A DNA stretch of 54,046 nt from a virus (lineage: Duplodnaviria; Caudoviricetes). Positions 7,820 to 16,493 of this stretch are shown in pieces. Within the stretch, counting starts at the first letter, position 1; the number at the start of each line of letters is the position of its first letter. The notes under the pieces were generated by a model. It made no database searches and had not been told where the DNA came from. It saw only the letters and a program-made list of their open reading frames with translations. The stretch lies in the IMG/VR virus record IMGVR_UViG_3300048597_000384, positions 1 to 54,046 of that record. The stretch is one strand, 5' to 3'. The position numbers were made by a program, and so were the translations under genes.

Positions 7820-7901
7820 CGCATTTTTGTGAGCTGGCATCGATGCCAGCAACCTCATCGTTGTGAGCCCCATTGCAAACCTCAAAAGAATGAGGTAAGC
7901 G
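7820..7901. promoter_or_regulatory. OR-like switch: three operators, an 18-bp palindrome and a PR-like promoter
   Basis: CGCA-N6-TGAG (7820-7833), CTCA-N6-TGAG (7854-7867, 7881-7894), GCTGGCATCGATGCCAGC (7833-7850), TTGCAA (7873-7878) - 17 nt - TAAGCG (7896-7901). Confidence 0.75.
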
Positions 7902-7907
7902 GGCTCG

Positions 7908-8141
7908 ATGAGCGTGAACGCCACCCTCCAGCACATCCGTGGGCGCCTGCTGAGCAGCGGCCTGCCGCTCCGGCGCGTCGCACAGGAAGCCGAACTGGCC
8001 GAGAACACCGTGGCGAAGGTTGCCAGGGCCAGCCCCAGGGTCACCGTCGACACGCTGCGCCGTATCGAGCGCGTTCTGGATCGTCTCGCATCCGAGCCCG
8101 CTGAGAGCGCCCCCAGCGCGAGCAGCGACAGTGTCCAATAG
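7908..8141 (+). CDS. Cro-like HTH protein
   Basis: 77 aa, LPLRRVAQEAELAENTVAKV...TVDTLRRIE; divergent from cI. Confidence 0.8.
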   Translation: MSVNATLQHIRGRLLSSGLPLRRVAQEAELAENTVAKVARASPRVTVDTLRRIERVLDRLASEPAESAPSASSDSVQ

Positions 8142-8555
8142 CTTCCCCCGCGCGTTGCGCCGTGCTGGCCGATCGTGTGCTGTGGGGAGAGGCGTCGTTG
8201 CCACGACACGTAGCTTGGGCTCGGCCGTTCGGCCAGCCTTGCCGTCGCCCAATCCCGGCGAAGTGACGGGAAAGGCCGCTCGCTGATGCAGCATGGTCTC
8301 ACCAGCGGCCGCCGCAGCGTTGTCGATCGCCAACCGTGGAAATCTACGGTTCTTCGTGCGCACGATTGCCTCCGCCTTATGGTTGTTCTGTCGCACGCCT
8401 TGGGCTGTGAAATCGTTTTTCTCGTTCTACTCCGCGGCTACAGCCTGCCGCGCACCTCGTGCGCCCGGCAAGTCGGTTCATGTGGCGGCGACGTGCTACC
8501 AAAAGGTTATCCATTCACTCCGGAGGGGTGCGTGACACCGCCACTCTAGGAGCGG

Positions 8556-8608
8556 GGCCGGGGCGGCGTCGCGGGGGATCGGACCTGCCCGCGAACGCCG
8601 CCCCGGCC
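8556..8608. other. Long GC-rich inverted repeat / hairpin
   Basis: GGCCGGGGCGGCGTCGCGGG ... CCCGCG-A-ACGCCGCCCCGGCC. Confidence 0.6.
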
Positions 8609-8680
8609 GGCTGCATCTGAACCGGGCCAGCAAGGCCCGACGGCAACGGGCGCCGACAGCCCGGGGAACTGGAGCGGTCC

Positions 8681-9115
8681 ATGGATGGCGGACTCTGCGC
8701 TGTGACCCAACCTGGGGTAGCGCACCACAGCATCGTGCTCCCGGTGAGCGATACCGCCGGGCCGGTAGCCGGCGATCCGCTGCAGCCGCTGCAGCTGGCT
8801 GCCACAGCCGGGCGCACGGCGCTCGACCGGGTCGCTGCGGCGATCGCCGTCGCCTTCGGGCCGCGGGCGCGCCTCCCGGCGAACTGGGCCCTTGCCCTGG
8901 TGCGGCTCGAGGCCTTGGGCCGGCCGGTCACGGTCGGCGAGTTCCAGGACCTCTGCCTGCTCGACAGCAATGCGAGCTACGCGATCGGCCGGTTGGTCCA
9001 GGCGGGGCAGTTGCGGCGCGAGCCCGTGCCGGACGACCGGCGGCTGGTGCAGGTCGCTCTCACGCCCTCGGCGGCCGCCTGGCTCGCAGCCCTACGCGCG
9101 GCACTGGGGCCATGA
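8681..9115 (+). CDS. MarR-like winged-helix protein (start uncertain)
   Basis: NASYAIGRLVQAGQLRREPVPDDRRLVQVALTP. Confidence 0.75.
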   Translation: MDGGLCAVTQPGVAHHSIVLPVSDTAGPVAGDPLQPLQLAATAGRTALDRVAAAIAVAFGPRARLPANWALALVRLEALGRPVTVGEFQDLCLLDSNASYAIGRLVQAGQLRREPVPDDRRLVQVALTPSAAAWLAALRAALGP

Positions 9116-9288
9116 GCGTGCACGAAGACCTGCGCCAGCTCACCGCCCAGGCAAGGCAACTCTACTGGGCGGCCTACCGGGCCGGCGACACGCCCGCCCG
9201 GATGCAGGCGCTGAACCTCCTGGCCCGGCTCAGCGCCCTGCGCGCGCAGCGGGCAGCGCGAGCGGTGGAGACAAGGATATGCGCGTAG
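9112..9288 (+). CDS. Small hypothetical protein (58 aa)
   Basis: ATGA overlap with the upstream gene; MSVHEDLRQLTAQARQLYW. Confidence 0.45.
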   Translation: MSVHEDLRQLTAQARQLYWAAYRAGDTPARMQALNLLARLSALRAQRAARAVETRICA

Positions 9289-9563
9289 CGGCGATGGCAG
9301 CCATGCTGGCGGTGGCGCACGGGACGGCGCTCGCCGGCGACCGGGAGCATGTCCGGGGCAACGGAACGACCCGCGGCCTCGGCGACAGCGCATCGGGCAA
9401 CGGCACCGGCGGCACCGCGGGGACGGGCCTCTACCGCGGCTGGACGCTGCAGGCCGACGGGAGCTGGCGCTACACGGGCGGCACCAGCGGCGGCGGGGGC
9501 AACGGTGCGGCCGGCGGCTGCGGCTGCGGCATCGACGGTGGTGCCAACGAGAACCGCCGATGA
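9279..9563 (+). CDS. Small secreted Gly-rich protein
   Basis: AAGGA SD; signal-peptide-like MRVAAMAAMLAVAHGTALA. Confidence 0.55.
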   Translation: MRVAAMAAMLAVAHGTALAGDREHVRGNGTTRGLGDSASGNGTGGTAGTGLYRGWTLQADGSWRYTGGTSGGGGNGAAGGCGCGIDGGANENRR

Positions 9564-10483
9564 CGCCGGTCTACGCGCTGAAGCTCCTGCCCGAGCTGGT
9601 GGAGCGCAAGATCCATCACCTGGGCGAGCTCGCCGCCGTCGAGCGCGAGATCGGCGAGGCGATCGCCGCCTTCGGGCCGCAGGGCTGGCACTACGAGCAG
9701 CTGGTGGCGGCGCTGACCAGGCCGGAGCCGGCGCAGGTTGCCGCCCCGGCGCCTGCGGTCGCGGTCCTGCCGCAAGAGGACCCCCACGAGTGGGCCGGCG
9801 ACGTCGTGGCCAGGATGATGGCCCGGCTGGCGCCTACGGCGGTCGAGCCTGAAGAGCCGGAGATCCCGGTTGCACCGGAGCCGGTGGACCAGCTCGCCGC
9901 AGCCGCTCCCGAACCGGCCCAGCCTGAGGCGGCGGCAGCGCCGGCCGAACCGGAACCGGCCCAGGCGGCACCGGTGGCCGAGATCGCCCAGCCCCCGGCA
10001 CCGCAGCGCCCCGCTCCTGACCCTGCCCGCACGGCGGCGGAGCCGACGTGCGACGAAGACGGCTGGGTGTCCTGCAAGGTCTACGCGGCCGCCTGCGGCG
10101 TCTCGGAGCCGGTGATCTACAACGCGATCGGCAAGGGCGTGCTCGACGGCGACGCGGTCCAGGCCGGGCCGCCCAAGCGGGTGCGGCCGGAGCTGGCCGA
10201 CCGGCAGATCCTGGAGCGCGCACCCGCCGGCATCCTGCGCATGAACGTCGCCAAGCGGGTCGAGCGGACCGTGGTGCTCGAGGCGGCGAGCGAGCCCGCG
10301 GCCATGAGCCTGGGTGAGGCGGTGCGGATCCTGCGCGGCTTCGGCTACCAGGTGCTCGAGCTGGAAGGCGAGCTGTTCGACGTCAACGGGGCGCGGCTGG
10401 GGCCGGGCCGTGTGGTCGAGAAGGCGACCTCGCTCAAGAGCCGCGAGGAGCGCCTGGCCGCGGCCCGGCGGAGCGCGGCATGA
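9560..10483 (+). CDS. Hypothetical protein with Pro/Ala/Glu linker and HTH-like C-terminal part
   Basis: 307-aa ORF with ATGA overlaps on both sides. Confidence 0.7.
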   Translation: MTPVYALKLLPELVERKIHHLGELAAVEREIGEAIAAFGPQGWHYEQLVAALTRPEPAQVAAPAPAVAVLPQEDPHEWAGDVVARMMARLAPTAVEPEEPEIPVAPEPVDQLAAAAPEPAQPEAAAAPAEPEPAQAAPVAEIAQPPAPQRPAPDPARTAAEPTCDEDGWVSCKVYAAACGVSEPVIYNAIGKGVLDGDAVQAGPPKRVRPELADRQILERAPAGILRMNVAKRVERTVVLEAASEPAAMSLGEAVRILRGFGYQVLELEGELFDVNGARLGPGRVVEKATSLKSREERLAAARRSAA

Positions 10484-10964
10484 ACGGGGAGACATTTCCC
10501 TGGGCGGCCCTGGCCTACGTCCTGGCCGGGGTGCTGACGGCCCGGATGATCAAGGGCGTGAGCCCGTCGCCCTGGCGGGCGTGGGTGTGGGCGCTCGCCG
10601 TCCTGGGCTGGCCCGTCTGGTGGGCCGCCCTGGTGTGGGGGCTGCTGACCCCCGGCGTGCGGGGGCGCCGATGAGGCGGGCGAAGGCGGAGCCGGCCGCG
10701 GGCGAGATCGAGGCCATCCGGGTCCTGGCCAGCCGGCTGGGGCAGAAGTTCGGGCCCGGGCAGAAGCTGGTCTACGCCACGGGCTCGCTCGCCACCTTGT
10801 GCGGCGAGTATGGGCCTCCGCGCAACGAGGCCGAGCGGGCCTGGCGCGAGGTGCGGGCGGCCGCCTGGCGGGCGCAGGAAGAGGGCCGGGCCGCGCTGCT
10901 GCAGCGGCGGCTGCCGGACGGTGCGACCGAATACCTGGCCGTGGGCCTGGGGCGACGGCGATGA
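10480..10964 (+). CDS. Two small ORFs (10480-10674 membrane protein; 10671-10964 hypothetical)
   Basis: Coupled ATGA overlaps. Confidence 0.6.
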
Positions 10965-11264
10965 CGACACGGGCGGCGCGCGACGTGGCGATGGTCGGCC
11001 GGCTCTATTTCGAGGCGGGCTGGGAGCCGGTGGCGATCGCCGCGCAGATCAACCGCGATCCGGGCTGGGTGGCGGCGACCGTGGCGCGCTTAAGGGCGGA
11101 ACCGGGGGGGGGCGGACCGGGAAGCACGCCGCGCCCTGAGCCTGCGCGGCCCCATCCGGCGGCACGCGCTGCGGACCCAGATCAGCTCGCTGCACCAGCG
11201 GATCGCCGGCCTGCAGGCCGAGGCGGCCCGCCTCGCGGCGGCCTGCCCGGAGCGGCGGGCGTGA
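10961..11264 (+). pseudogene. HTH/coiled-coil ORF apparently frameshifted at a G9 tract (11104-11112)
   Basis: Removing one G gives ...AEPGGADREARRALSLRGPIRRHALRTQISSLHQRIAGLQAEAARLAAACPERRA* whose stop overlaps the next GTG. Confidence 0.55.
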
Positions 11265-11437
11265 GTGCGGCCGTGCTGGTGATCCTGGCCTGCCTGGGCG
11301 GCGGCACTTGCCAGCGGTTCGAGGTGCCGGTCGAGGCCTGCACCGCCGGCGGCCAGCCGGCCGTCCTGGCCTGGCGGATGCTCCATCCCGATTGGACCGT
11401 GCGCCGCTGGCGCTGCGAACAGGGAACCCCCGCATGA
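11261..11437 (+). CDS. Small Cys-rich exported-type protein
   Basis: VSAAVLVILACLGGGTCQRFEVPVEAC...WTVRRWRCE. Confidence 0.55.
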   Translation: MSAAVLVILACLGGGTCQRFEVPVEACTAGGQPAVLAWRMLHPDWTVRRWRCEQGTPA

Positions 11438-12261
11438 TCGAGAACCGCGAGGCGTGGATGGATCTGCTGTTCTCGGACGAGGTCGAGGGCGGCTGGTCCG
11501 ACCGCCCGAAGAACGAAGACCCCGGCGGCAAGACGATGCGGGGCATCACGCTCGGCTGCTACTCGGATTTCCTGGGGCGGGCGGCGACGCCGGAAGAGCT
11601 GCGCCAGATCACCGAGGAGAAGGCCCGGGAGATCGCGATCACGATGTTCTGGAACCCGGTCAGCGGCGACTTCCTGCCCGGCGGCGTGGACGTGCTCGCG
11701 GCCGACTTCGCCTTCCACAGCCATTGGACCAGGGCGGCGAAGGAGCTGCAGGAGCTGGTCGGCGTCAAGGTCGACGGCTTCGTCGGCCCGAACACGATCT
11801 CGGCCGTGCGGCGGCACAACCAGCGCGACCTGGTGCTGCGCTACTACGACGCCCGCATGGACTTCATGGAGGGCCTGCCGAACTGGGAGGCCAACGCGCG
11901 GGGCTGGCGCAAGCGGGCCAAGCTGATGCGCGACCTGGCCCTCAAGAAGGTCCAGGCGCGCCCGACGCTGGTGGCGGCGCTGAAGAACCCCGAGGCGGTC
12001 GGCACGGCCACGGCCGCGGCCGCGGGTGCCACCGGCATCGCCTGGTACCTGGACCAGGCCGGCCCCCTGATCGAGGCCATCAAGGGCCTGCTCGGGCCGG
12101 AGCAGCTGCAGAAGCTGCAGTCGATCGACGACACGGTGGCGGCCGCCGGCGCCGGCGACCCGCTGCCGGCCTTGCTCCTGGTCGCCTACATGACCGCCAC
12201 CAGCGGGTTCGCGGTCTACCGGATCATCCAGACCTTCCGGAAGGGCCGGGTGATCGCATGA
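11434..12261 (+). CDS. Endolysin, glycoside hydrolase family 108, with PG-binding and C-terminal hydrophobic segments
   Basis: EGGWSDRPKNEDPGGKTMRGIT motif; LQELVGVKVDGFVGPNTI; NARGWRKR. Confidence 0.85.
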   Translation: MIENREAWMDLLFSDEVEGGWSDRPKNEDPGGKTMRGITLGCYSDFLGRAATPEELRQITEEKAREIAITMFWNPVSGDFLPGGVDVLAADFAFHSHWTRAAKELQELVGVKVDGFVGPNTISAVRRHNQRDLVLRYYDARMDFMEGLPNWEANARGWRKRAKLMRDLALKKVQARPTLVAALKNPEAVGTATAAAAGATGIAWYLDQAGPLIEAIKGLLGPEQLQKLQSIDDTVAAAGAGDPLPALLLVAYMTATSGFAVYRIIQTFRKGRVIA

Positions 12262-12280
12262 TCCCGATGGAGGGCTTCCC

Positions 12281-12529
12281 ATGCTGCTGCGCTTCCTCGG
12301 CGCCATCGGCGCCATTCCCGGGCTCCTGGCCGGCCTCGGCCGGGCGATCGCCGGGCTCGGCATCTACCTGCTGGGCCGGCGCGAGCAGTCCGCGGCCGAC
12401 ACCATCCGGGCCCTGGAGCGGCGGGTCGAGGGCGACCGGCAGGGGCGCAAGGTCCAGGAGGATCTGCGCCGGCTTGCTCCTGACGCTCGCCGCGACCGGT
12501 TGCGGCGGTGGGAGCGCCCGGATCGCTGA
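12281..12529 (+). CDS. Putative inner-membrane spanin (Rz-like)
   Basis: N-terminal TM, charged helical C-terminus, directly after the endolysin. Confidence 0.6.
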   Translation: MLLRFLGAIGAIPGLLAGLGRAIAGLGIYLLGRREQSAADTIRALERRVEGDRQGRKVQEDLRRLAPDARRDRLRRWERPDR

Positions 12530-12689
12530 GCGGGGTGCCGCCGCCGACTGGTGCGCCACGCACCGGATGATCGTGCTCGGCCCCGGCGAGGTCGACCGGC
12601 TCGACCAGGACACCGTCGACCGGCTGCTCGAGGAAAACGAGCGCGGACAGATCGAGTGCGGCTGGGTGCCGCCGGGGGACGAACCGTGA
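12462..12689 (+). CDS. Putative outer-membrane lipoprotein spanin (Rz1-like), start codon uncertain
   Basis: Lipobox-like LLLTLAATGC (Cys codon 12501) in a frame overlapping the Rz-like gene. Confidence 0.55.
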   Translation: MCAGLLLTLAATGCGGGSARIAERGAAADWCATHRMIVLGPGEVDRLDQDTVDRLLEENERGQIECGWVPPGDEP

Positions 12690-12904
12690 TGCCGCCGACC
12701 AGCCCGCTGCGGCGCGCCTGCGCCCAGCTCGCCTATCTCGCCGAGACGCTGAGCCCGACCTGGCCCGAGACGCCGGCGCAGCGGCGGGCCTGGCTAGAGG
12801 AGATGAAAAAGCGCCTGGCCGAGGTCGAGGCGGCGTGCCCGGAGGCGTTCGCCGAGACGGTGGACCCGACCGGTACGGACCCGGCACCGGTGGAGGAAGG
12901 CTGA
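12689..12904 (+). CDS. Hypothetical phage protein
   Basis: TGATG coupling at both ends. Confidence 0.5.
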   Translation: MPPTSPLRRACAQLAYLAETLSPTWPETPAQRRAWLEEMKKRLAEVEAACPEAFAETVDPTGTDPAPVEEG

Positions 12905-14067
12905 TGGCGGCGCGCAAGCTGAAGCCCGCCGCGGGCGGGGTGCCCACGGCCACCGTGGTCAAGGAAGACCTGGCCGCGGCCCTGGCCCTGCCGCGCTCGG
13001 TGGTGGCCAAGCGCAGCACGATCCCGATCCTGGCCTGCCTGCTGCTGCGGCAGAGCCGTGGCGAGCTGCATGTGGTCGGGACCGACATGGACATCGGGGT
13101 GGCCACACGCTGCCCCCTGCGGGACCATGACTGGCCGGACGGCGGGGCCGGGGTGGCGGTCGACGCCGACCTCCTGGCCGCCGTGGTGGCGGCCGCACCC
13201 AAGGGCGGCGAGATCAGGCTGGCGTCGGGGCCGAGCGGGCTCCTGGTCAGCCACGCGCTCGAGCGGGCGCGCCTGCCGGTGCTCCAGGGCGACGAATTCC
13301 CCTCGCTGAAGGAGCCGGACGGTACGGCGGTCGAGATCGCGGCCGAGGGCGGCAAGGTGGCCGCGGCCCTGGCGCGCGTGTCGGCCGCGATCAGCCGCGA
13401 GGAGACGCGCTACTACCTGAACGGCGTGTTCGTCGAGGTCCAGCGGCACCATGTCGAGCTGACCGCCACCGACGGCCACCGGCTGCACCACACGTGGTTG
13501 GAACCGGACGGGATCGAGGGCGAGGCGCCGGGCGTCATCCTGCCGCGGCGCCTGGTCGAGCTCCTGGCCGGGATCGAGGGCGAGGTCACGCTGCGGATCG
13601 GGGCGACGGGCGTCTCGGTGGCCGGCGGCTTCGGGCGGATCACCAGCCGGGTGATCGACGGGAGCTTCCCCGAGTGGCGCCGGATCGTCCCGCCGCCCTC
13701 GTCGGACGGGCTCGAGCTGTCGGGCGGCGACGTCGAGGCCGCCGTCAAGCGGCTGCGCGGCTTCGGCGACGGGGCGCTCGGCCTGTGGCTGGAAAAGGAG
13801 CGGCTGAGCCTCCAGGCCGCGACCGAGGAAGCGGCGGCGATCGCGGAGACCAGCATCGCCGGGGTGGCGCGCGGGGCGGCGGAGCCGCTGCAGACCGGCG
13901 TCAAGGGCCGCTACCTCGCCGATGCCGCCGCCGTCGCCGGTGGCGGGCGCATGGTGGTGAGCTGGTCGACCTCCAGTGCGGCCATGCGGGTCGCCTTCGC
14001 GGACCGGCCCGACGACGTCGTGGTGCTGATGCCCATGCGCATGGGTGCGTGGCGCGAGGTGGAATGA
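12904..14067 (+). CDS. dnaN: Phage-encoded DNA polymerase III beta sliding clamp homolog
   Basis: KRSTIPILACLLL, TDMD, EETRYYLNGV, ATDGHRL, IDGSFPEWRRIVP, VLMPMR. Confidence 0.9.
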   Translation: MAARKLKPAAGGVPTATVVKEDLAAALALPRSVVAKRSTIPILACLLLRQSRGELHVVGTDMDIGVATRCPLRDHDWPDGGAGVAVDADLLAAVVAAAPKGGEIRLASGPSGLLVSHALERARLPVLQGDEFPSLKEPDGTAVEIAAEGGKVAAALARVSAAISREETRYYLNGVFVEVQRHHVELTATDGHRLHHTWLEPDGIEGEAPGVILPRRLVELLAGIEGEVTLRIGATGVSVAGGFGRITSRVIDGSFPEWRRIVPPPSSDGLELSGGDVEAAVKRLRGFGDGALGLWLEKERLSLQAATEEAAAIAETSIAGVARGAAEPLQTGVKGRYLADAAAVAGGGRMVVSWSTSSAAMRVAFADRPDDVVVLMPMRMGAWREVE

Positions 14068-14501
14068 GCGAGGCCGGCAGCATGGGCTGGGCGGTCGAGA
14101 TCCCGGCCGACCGGGCGGACGGCTTCGCGCTGTGTTGCGACGAATGCGGCCGGGTGGAGCGGTTCAAGGCCCGGTTCATGGGCTGCCGGGTGCGCGAGCT
14201 CGGCCGGGCCAGGCGGGAAGGCTGGGGCTGGCGTCGGGACGGCCGGCTGGTCGACCACCCGCTGCCGGACGGCAGCATCGGCCGCCGGGTGGCGCGGCTG
14301 TGCCCGGCCTGCGACGCGATCGAGCGGCAGGCGGCCGAAGGCGGGCTGTGGGGTCATCTGCTGGCCGGGTTGCGCGCGTTCCGTGCCGGGCTGGTCGAGC
14401 CGGTGAAGCGTGAGGTCGGTTGCGGCCCGGAAAGCAAAGCGTGCGAGCCGGTGCACCTGCACCCGTCGGGCCAGCTCGACCTGTTCGGGCATCCGTCCTA
14501 G
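14064..14501 (+). CDS. Hypothetical Zn-finger-like protein
   Basis: CDEC ... CPAC; ends in QLDLF, which resembles a clamp-binding motif. Confidence 0.6.
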   Translation: MSEAGSMGWAVEIPADRADGFALCCDECGRVERFKARFMGCRVRELGRARREGWGWRRDGRLVDHPLPDGSIGRRVARLCPACDAIERQAAEGGLWGHLLAGLRAFRAGLVEPVKREVGCGPESKACEPVHLHPSGQLDLFGHPS

Positions 14502-14571
14502 CAATGCGGACACCAGTCCCAATGGGTAGGATCGGCGGAAGCTGCGCTGCGCGCGACCGGGGCCGGCGAGC

Positions 14572-15243
14572 GTGAGCGAGCTGCTCGCGAGCGTGGAGCC
14601 AGGGCCGCTGCCGTTCCCGGCCGGCGAGCCGTCGCGCGAAGCGTTGTGCCCGGCTGGGACGCCGCCGGGGGGCCTTGCCTATCTGGGGGCCAGGGCGACG
14701 GTGCGCTGCTGGATGGTGTCCTGCCCGGAATGTCTCGCCGGCTGGCTCGCCGTCCTGCCGTCGGGCAGCCCGTTCGGCTATCGGCCGGCGGTCAGCCTTG
14801 GCTGCAGCCGCGGCTGCCCGCCGGACCTGGTCGAGTGGGCGTGGCACTGGAGGCTCGGCAATCTGGCCGAGCTGCGCCGCCTGGGCGGGCCGCCGGAACA
14901 GGTGGTCGGGGCCGAGCCGCAGGCCGGCTTCGCTGCCGCTCCCGTCCACTCGGGCGTGCGCTTCACGGGCGCCCCGGTCGACGCCGCGCGGCTTGCGGAG
15001 GCCATGCGCCGGTCGCACGCGGCGCAGCGGGTCTGGACGGGGGCCTGGTACGCCCGGCGGCCCGACCAGGCCCGCCTGCAGCTGTGCCGCGGGCTGGTGC
15101 GCGCCGGGGTGCGCGAGCCCGACGCGCTGCGCGCGGCACTGGTCGCCTACGAGCGGCGGCAGGGCCGCGATCCGGCGCTGAGCCTGCCGGAAACCATCGC
15201 CGCGGCCGCGATCGGTGCCGCCATTTCTGGGAGACGGGCATGA
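14572..15243 (+). CDS. Putative replication accessory protein (Zn-binding, primase-associated-like)
   Basis: CPEC...LGCSRGCP; coupled to the helicase gene. Confidence 0.55.
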   Translation: MSELLASVEPGPLPFPAGEPSREALCPAGTPPGGLAYLGARATVRCWMVSCPECLAGWLAVLPSGSPFGYRPAVSLGCSRGCPPDLVEWAWHWRLGNLAELRRLGGPPEQVVGAEPQAGFAAAPVHSGVRFTGAPVDAARLAEAMRRSHAAQRVWTGAWYARRPDQARLQLCRGLVRAGVREPDALRAALVAYERRQGRDPALSLPETIAAAAIGAAISGRRA

Positions 15244-16493
15244 TCGGCGACGACTTCGTCGACCAGCTCGACCGCGCCGCGCGCTCGCCCGACTGGCGCT
15301 CGACGCTGATCTGTGGCGACAACGGGCCGAAAGCCAACCTCTACAACGTCCTGATGGCGCTGCGCCACTGCCCGGACCTCAAGGGCACCATCCGGCTCAA
15401 CGCCTTCCGGCTCGAGATCGACGTGGTGGCCCCGTTGCCCTGGGACGATCGCATCGGCCGGGAATGGTCGCGGCACGACGATCTGCACCTCACCGAGTGG
15501 CTGCAGCATCACGGCATCGGGGTGAAGGTCGGCGACACCGCCGACGGGGTCGAGGCGGTGGCGGCCGAGAGCAAGTACCATCCGGTGCGCGACTGGTTGG
15601 AAGGGCTCGCCTGGGACGGCCAGCCGCGGGTGCGGACCTGGCTGACCTACTATCTGGGCGTCGAGGACGGCGACTACAGCCAGGCCGTCGGCGCCAGGTG
15701 GCTGATCTCGGCCGTGGCCCGGGTGATGCGGCCCGGCTGCAAGGCCGACCATTGCCTGGTGCTCGAGGGCGACCAGGGGCGCGGCAAGAGCTCGGCCCTG
15801 CGCATCCTGGTCGGCGACGACTGGTTCACCGACGAGCTCGCCGACCTCGGCAGCAAGGATGCGGCGATGCAGACCCGCGGCGTGTGGGTGGTGGAGCTCG
15901 CCGAGCTCGAGCATCTCAGCCGCGGCGAGGTCGGGCGGATCAAGGCCTTCCTGACCCGCACCGTCGACCGCTACCGGCCGCCCTACGGCCGGCGGCTGGT
16001 GATGGCGCCGCGCGAGTGCGTGTTCGCCGGCACGGTCAACGACCGCCAGTACCTGAAGGACGAAACCGGCAACCGCCGGTTCTGGCCGGTCCGGGTAGGC
16101 CAGAGCATCGACCTCGCCGCCCTGCGCCACGACCGCGAGCAGATCTGGGCGGAAGCGGTCCAGCTGTGGCGCGACGGGGTGCGCTGGTGGCTGGAAGGGC
16201 GCTCGCTGGTCGAGCTCGCGCGCGAAGAGCAGGAGGGCCGCGCTAGCGTCGACCCGTGGGGGGACAAGGTGGCGGACCACGTCGCGGACAAGGGCGAGGT
16301 CACCGTGGCCTCGATCCTCACCGAGGGTGTCGGCAAGCGCCTGGGCGAGTGCACCCGCGCGGACGAGATGCGGATCGCCAAGATCATGCAGCAGCTCGGC
16401 TGGCGGCGAGGGCGGCAGAGCCAGCCGCCGCGGCGATGGTGCTACCTGCGCACCGCCGATGCCGGGCCGGCGGAGACGCACGATGCGCCATAG
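15240..16493 (+). CDS. VapE-family (virulence-associated E) P-loop helicase
   Basis: LEGDQGRGKSS Walker A, WVVELAEL, RPPYGR, GTVN...LKDETGNRRFWP. Confidence 0.9.
   Translation: MIGDDFVDQLDRAARSPDWRSTLICGDNGPKANLYNVLMALRHCPDLKGTIRLNAFRLEIDVVAPLPWDDRIGREWSRHDDLHLTEWLQHHGIGVKVGDTADGVEAVAAESKYHPVRDWLEGLAWDGQPRVRTWLTYYLGVEDGDYSQAVGARWLISAVARVMRPGCKADHCLVLEGDQGRGKSSALRILVGDDWFTDELADLGSKDAAMQTRGVWVVELAELEHLSRGEVGRIKAFLTRTVDRYRPPYGRRLVMAPRECVFAGTVNDRQYLKDETGNRRFWPVRVGQSIDLAALRHDREQIWAEAVQLWRDGVRWWLEGRSLVELAREEQEGRASVDPWGDKVADHVADKGEVTVASILTEGVGKRLGECTRADEMRIAKIMQQLGWRRGRQSQPPRRWCYLRTADAGPAETHDAP

Noticed and set aside
7818-8396. 322-aa extended repressor ORF (7428-8396)
   Set aside because: The extension crosses the operators and runs antisense through cro; the HTH begins at the ATG at 7817.
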